From Octopus vulgaris (Eukaryota): a DNA stretch of 64,000 nt. A model generated the notes under the pieces. It saw nothing but the letters and a program-made list of their open reading frames with translations. It had not been told where the DNA came from and did no database searches. Made by a program: the position numbers and the translations under genes. Location of the stretch: NCBI GenBank assembly GCA_951406725.2, contig OX597819.1, forward strand, positions 35,154,001 through 35,218,000, in the 5' to 3' direction. Positions 62,857 to 64,000 of the stretch are shown here, piece after piece; position 1 is the first letter of the stretch, and every line of letters begins with the position of its first letter.

Positions 62857-62953
62857 AAATGTGTATTTGTGTGTGGGTGGGTATGTGGGTTGTTTGAGCA
62901 GATATGTTACTCCAACTGTTGAGAGGAATCACATAACAGTTTTTTTTCGATAT

Positions 62954-63095
62954 GCAGAAACTCAAAATGCTCTCAAAAAATTTATCAGTTCCATAAATCC
63001 AGAATTCTATGTTATTGGAATAATTATATTCCAATAACATAGAATTCTGGATTTATGGAACTGATAAATTTTTTGAGAGCATTTTGAGCTTCTGC
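62954..63095. repeat. Near-perfect palindrome, 69-bp arms, 4-nt loop
   Basis: gcagaaactcaaaatg...ttggaata ATTA tattccaa...cattttgagcttctgc; one mismatch. Confidence 0.93.
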
Positions 63096-63179
63096 TTGGG
63101 TGTTAAAGACCATTTATATTGAGATGCTTGATAAAATGGTAGTCAGTTGGAGAGTAAGCTGTTTTATAATTCACTTTAA

Positions 63180-63401
63180 CCCTTTAGCATTTAAACCAGC
63201 CATATCCGGCCTAAAGTATTCTGCCTGTTTTATGTTCAAACTGGCCAGATCTGGTCTCTCACACCAACCCTACAATATCATCCTAAAAATTAACAGCTAC
63301 CTCATCAAAATCTCATAGCTACAAGATTAATGAATGATTAGTTTAAAACAATGTAGATGAAGAAGCATTAATTTTGGCAGAATAATGCGAACACTAAAGG
63401 G
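63180..63401. mobile_element. piggyBac-type MITE (~220 bp)
   Basis: TTAA|CCCTTTAG ... CTAAAGGG|TTAA. Confidence 0.75.
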
Positions 63402-64000
63402 TTAAGACATGTAGTTGGATGCTGTCATGGAGAAGAATTGATTCTTTTCAGACCAAATCTGGATATAAATGTTGCAGTTCTTTGTACAATTTTTAATTTG
63501 CTTGTAACATTTTTTTTCTTTTTGCTGTGTTGATGGTTTTACCAGGATTCAAGTAATAGTGACAACCAACAGGCAATAACAATAATCTTCTTTTGGTGCA
63601 GCTTCAGTGTAGAAAAGTATATTTTAGTGCTTTACCTTGGTCTAGCCACTGTGCAGAATACTAACATTTCTCATAAGGAATTCATTTTTATTGTACAAAA
63701 ATAGTGCAGAACAAACTTATTGTGATATTTAAATTTTTAAAAAAATTTTTTGTTCAGCTTGTACAGCACACATTTGTTAAACTTTTTTGAACTTTTCATG
63801 TGAGGAAAAAGTTTAAAAATAAAAAAAGAAAGTAAAACTTGTATTCTTCTGTAACCTTTTGTGTTATTTTGCATGGATTCTCTTCGGTAACAACCCTCAA
63901 CTGATGTTCTTCTTGTTCTGACTATGCATATAAACTTCTGTGTTCATATCTGTGTTTGTACATGGTTCTGAATCTGTGTATCCTATATGTAATTATATAT

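Overview
AT-rich, repeat-dense eukaryotic genomic DNA with spliceosomal GT-AG introns. The SINE/LINE repertoire looks like an octopus-type cephalopod; this is inference, not a database result. Three complete multi-exon genes were reconstructed by hand with every splice phase consistent: PRPF19/PRP19 (minus strand, 16 coding exons, 22689->109, 511 aa), L3HYPDH trans-L-3-hydroxyproline dehydratase (minus, 5 exons, 40575->28970, 354 aa) and PCMT1/PIMT (plus, 5 exons, 45664->61082, 227 aa). L3HYPDH and PCMT1 are divergent, about 5 kb apart. The rest is mostly transposon debris: several tRNA-derived SINE families; RTE, CR1-like and CRE-like LINE remnants; mariner, Chapaev3-like, Gypsy and Helitron pieces; and MITEs with 8-bp or TTAA target duplications. 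Most interesting unexplained signals: two minimal hammerhead-ribozyme motifs in sense orientation within introns, several near-perfect long hairpins, an intron-to-intron templated insertion with an 18-bp duplication, a candidate PRPF19 poison exon, and possible alternative N- and C-termini of PCMT1. I see no firm evidence of a wholly new multi-gene system.
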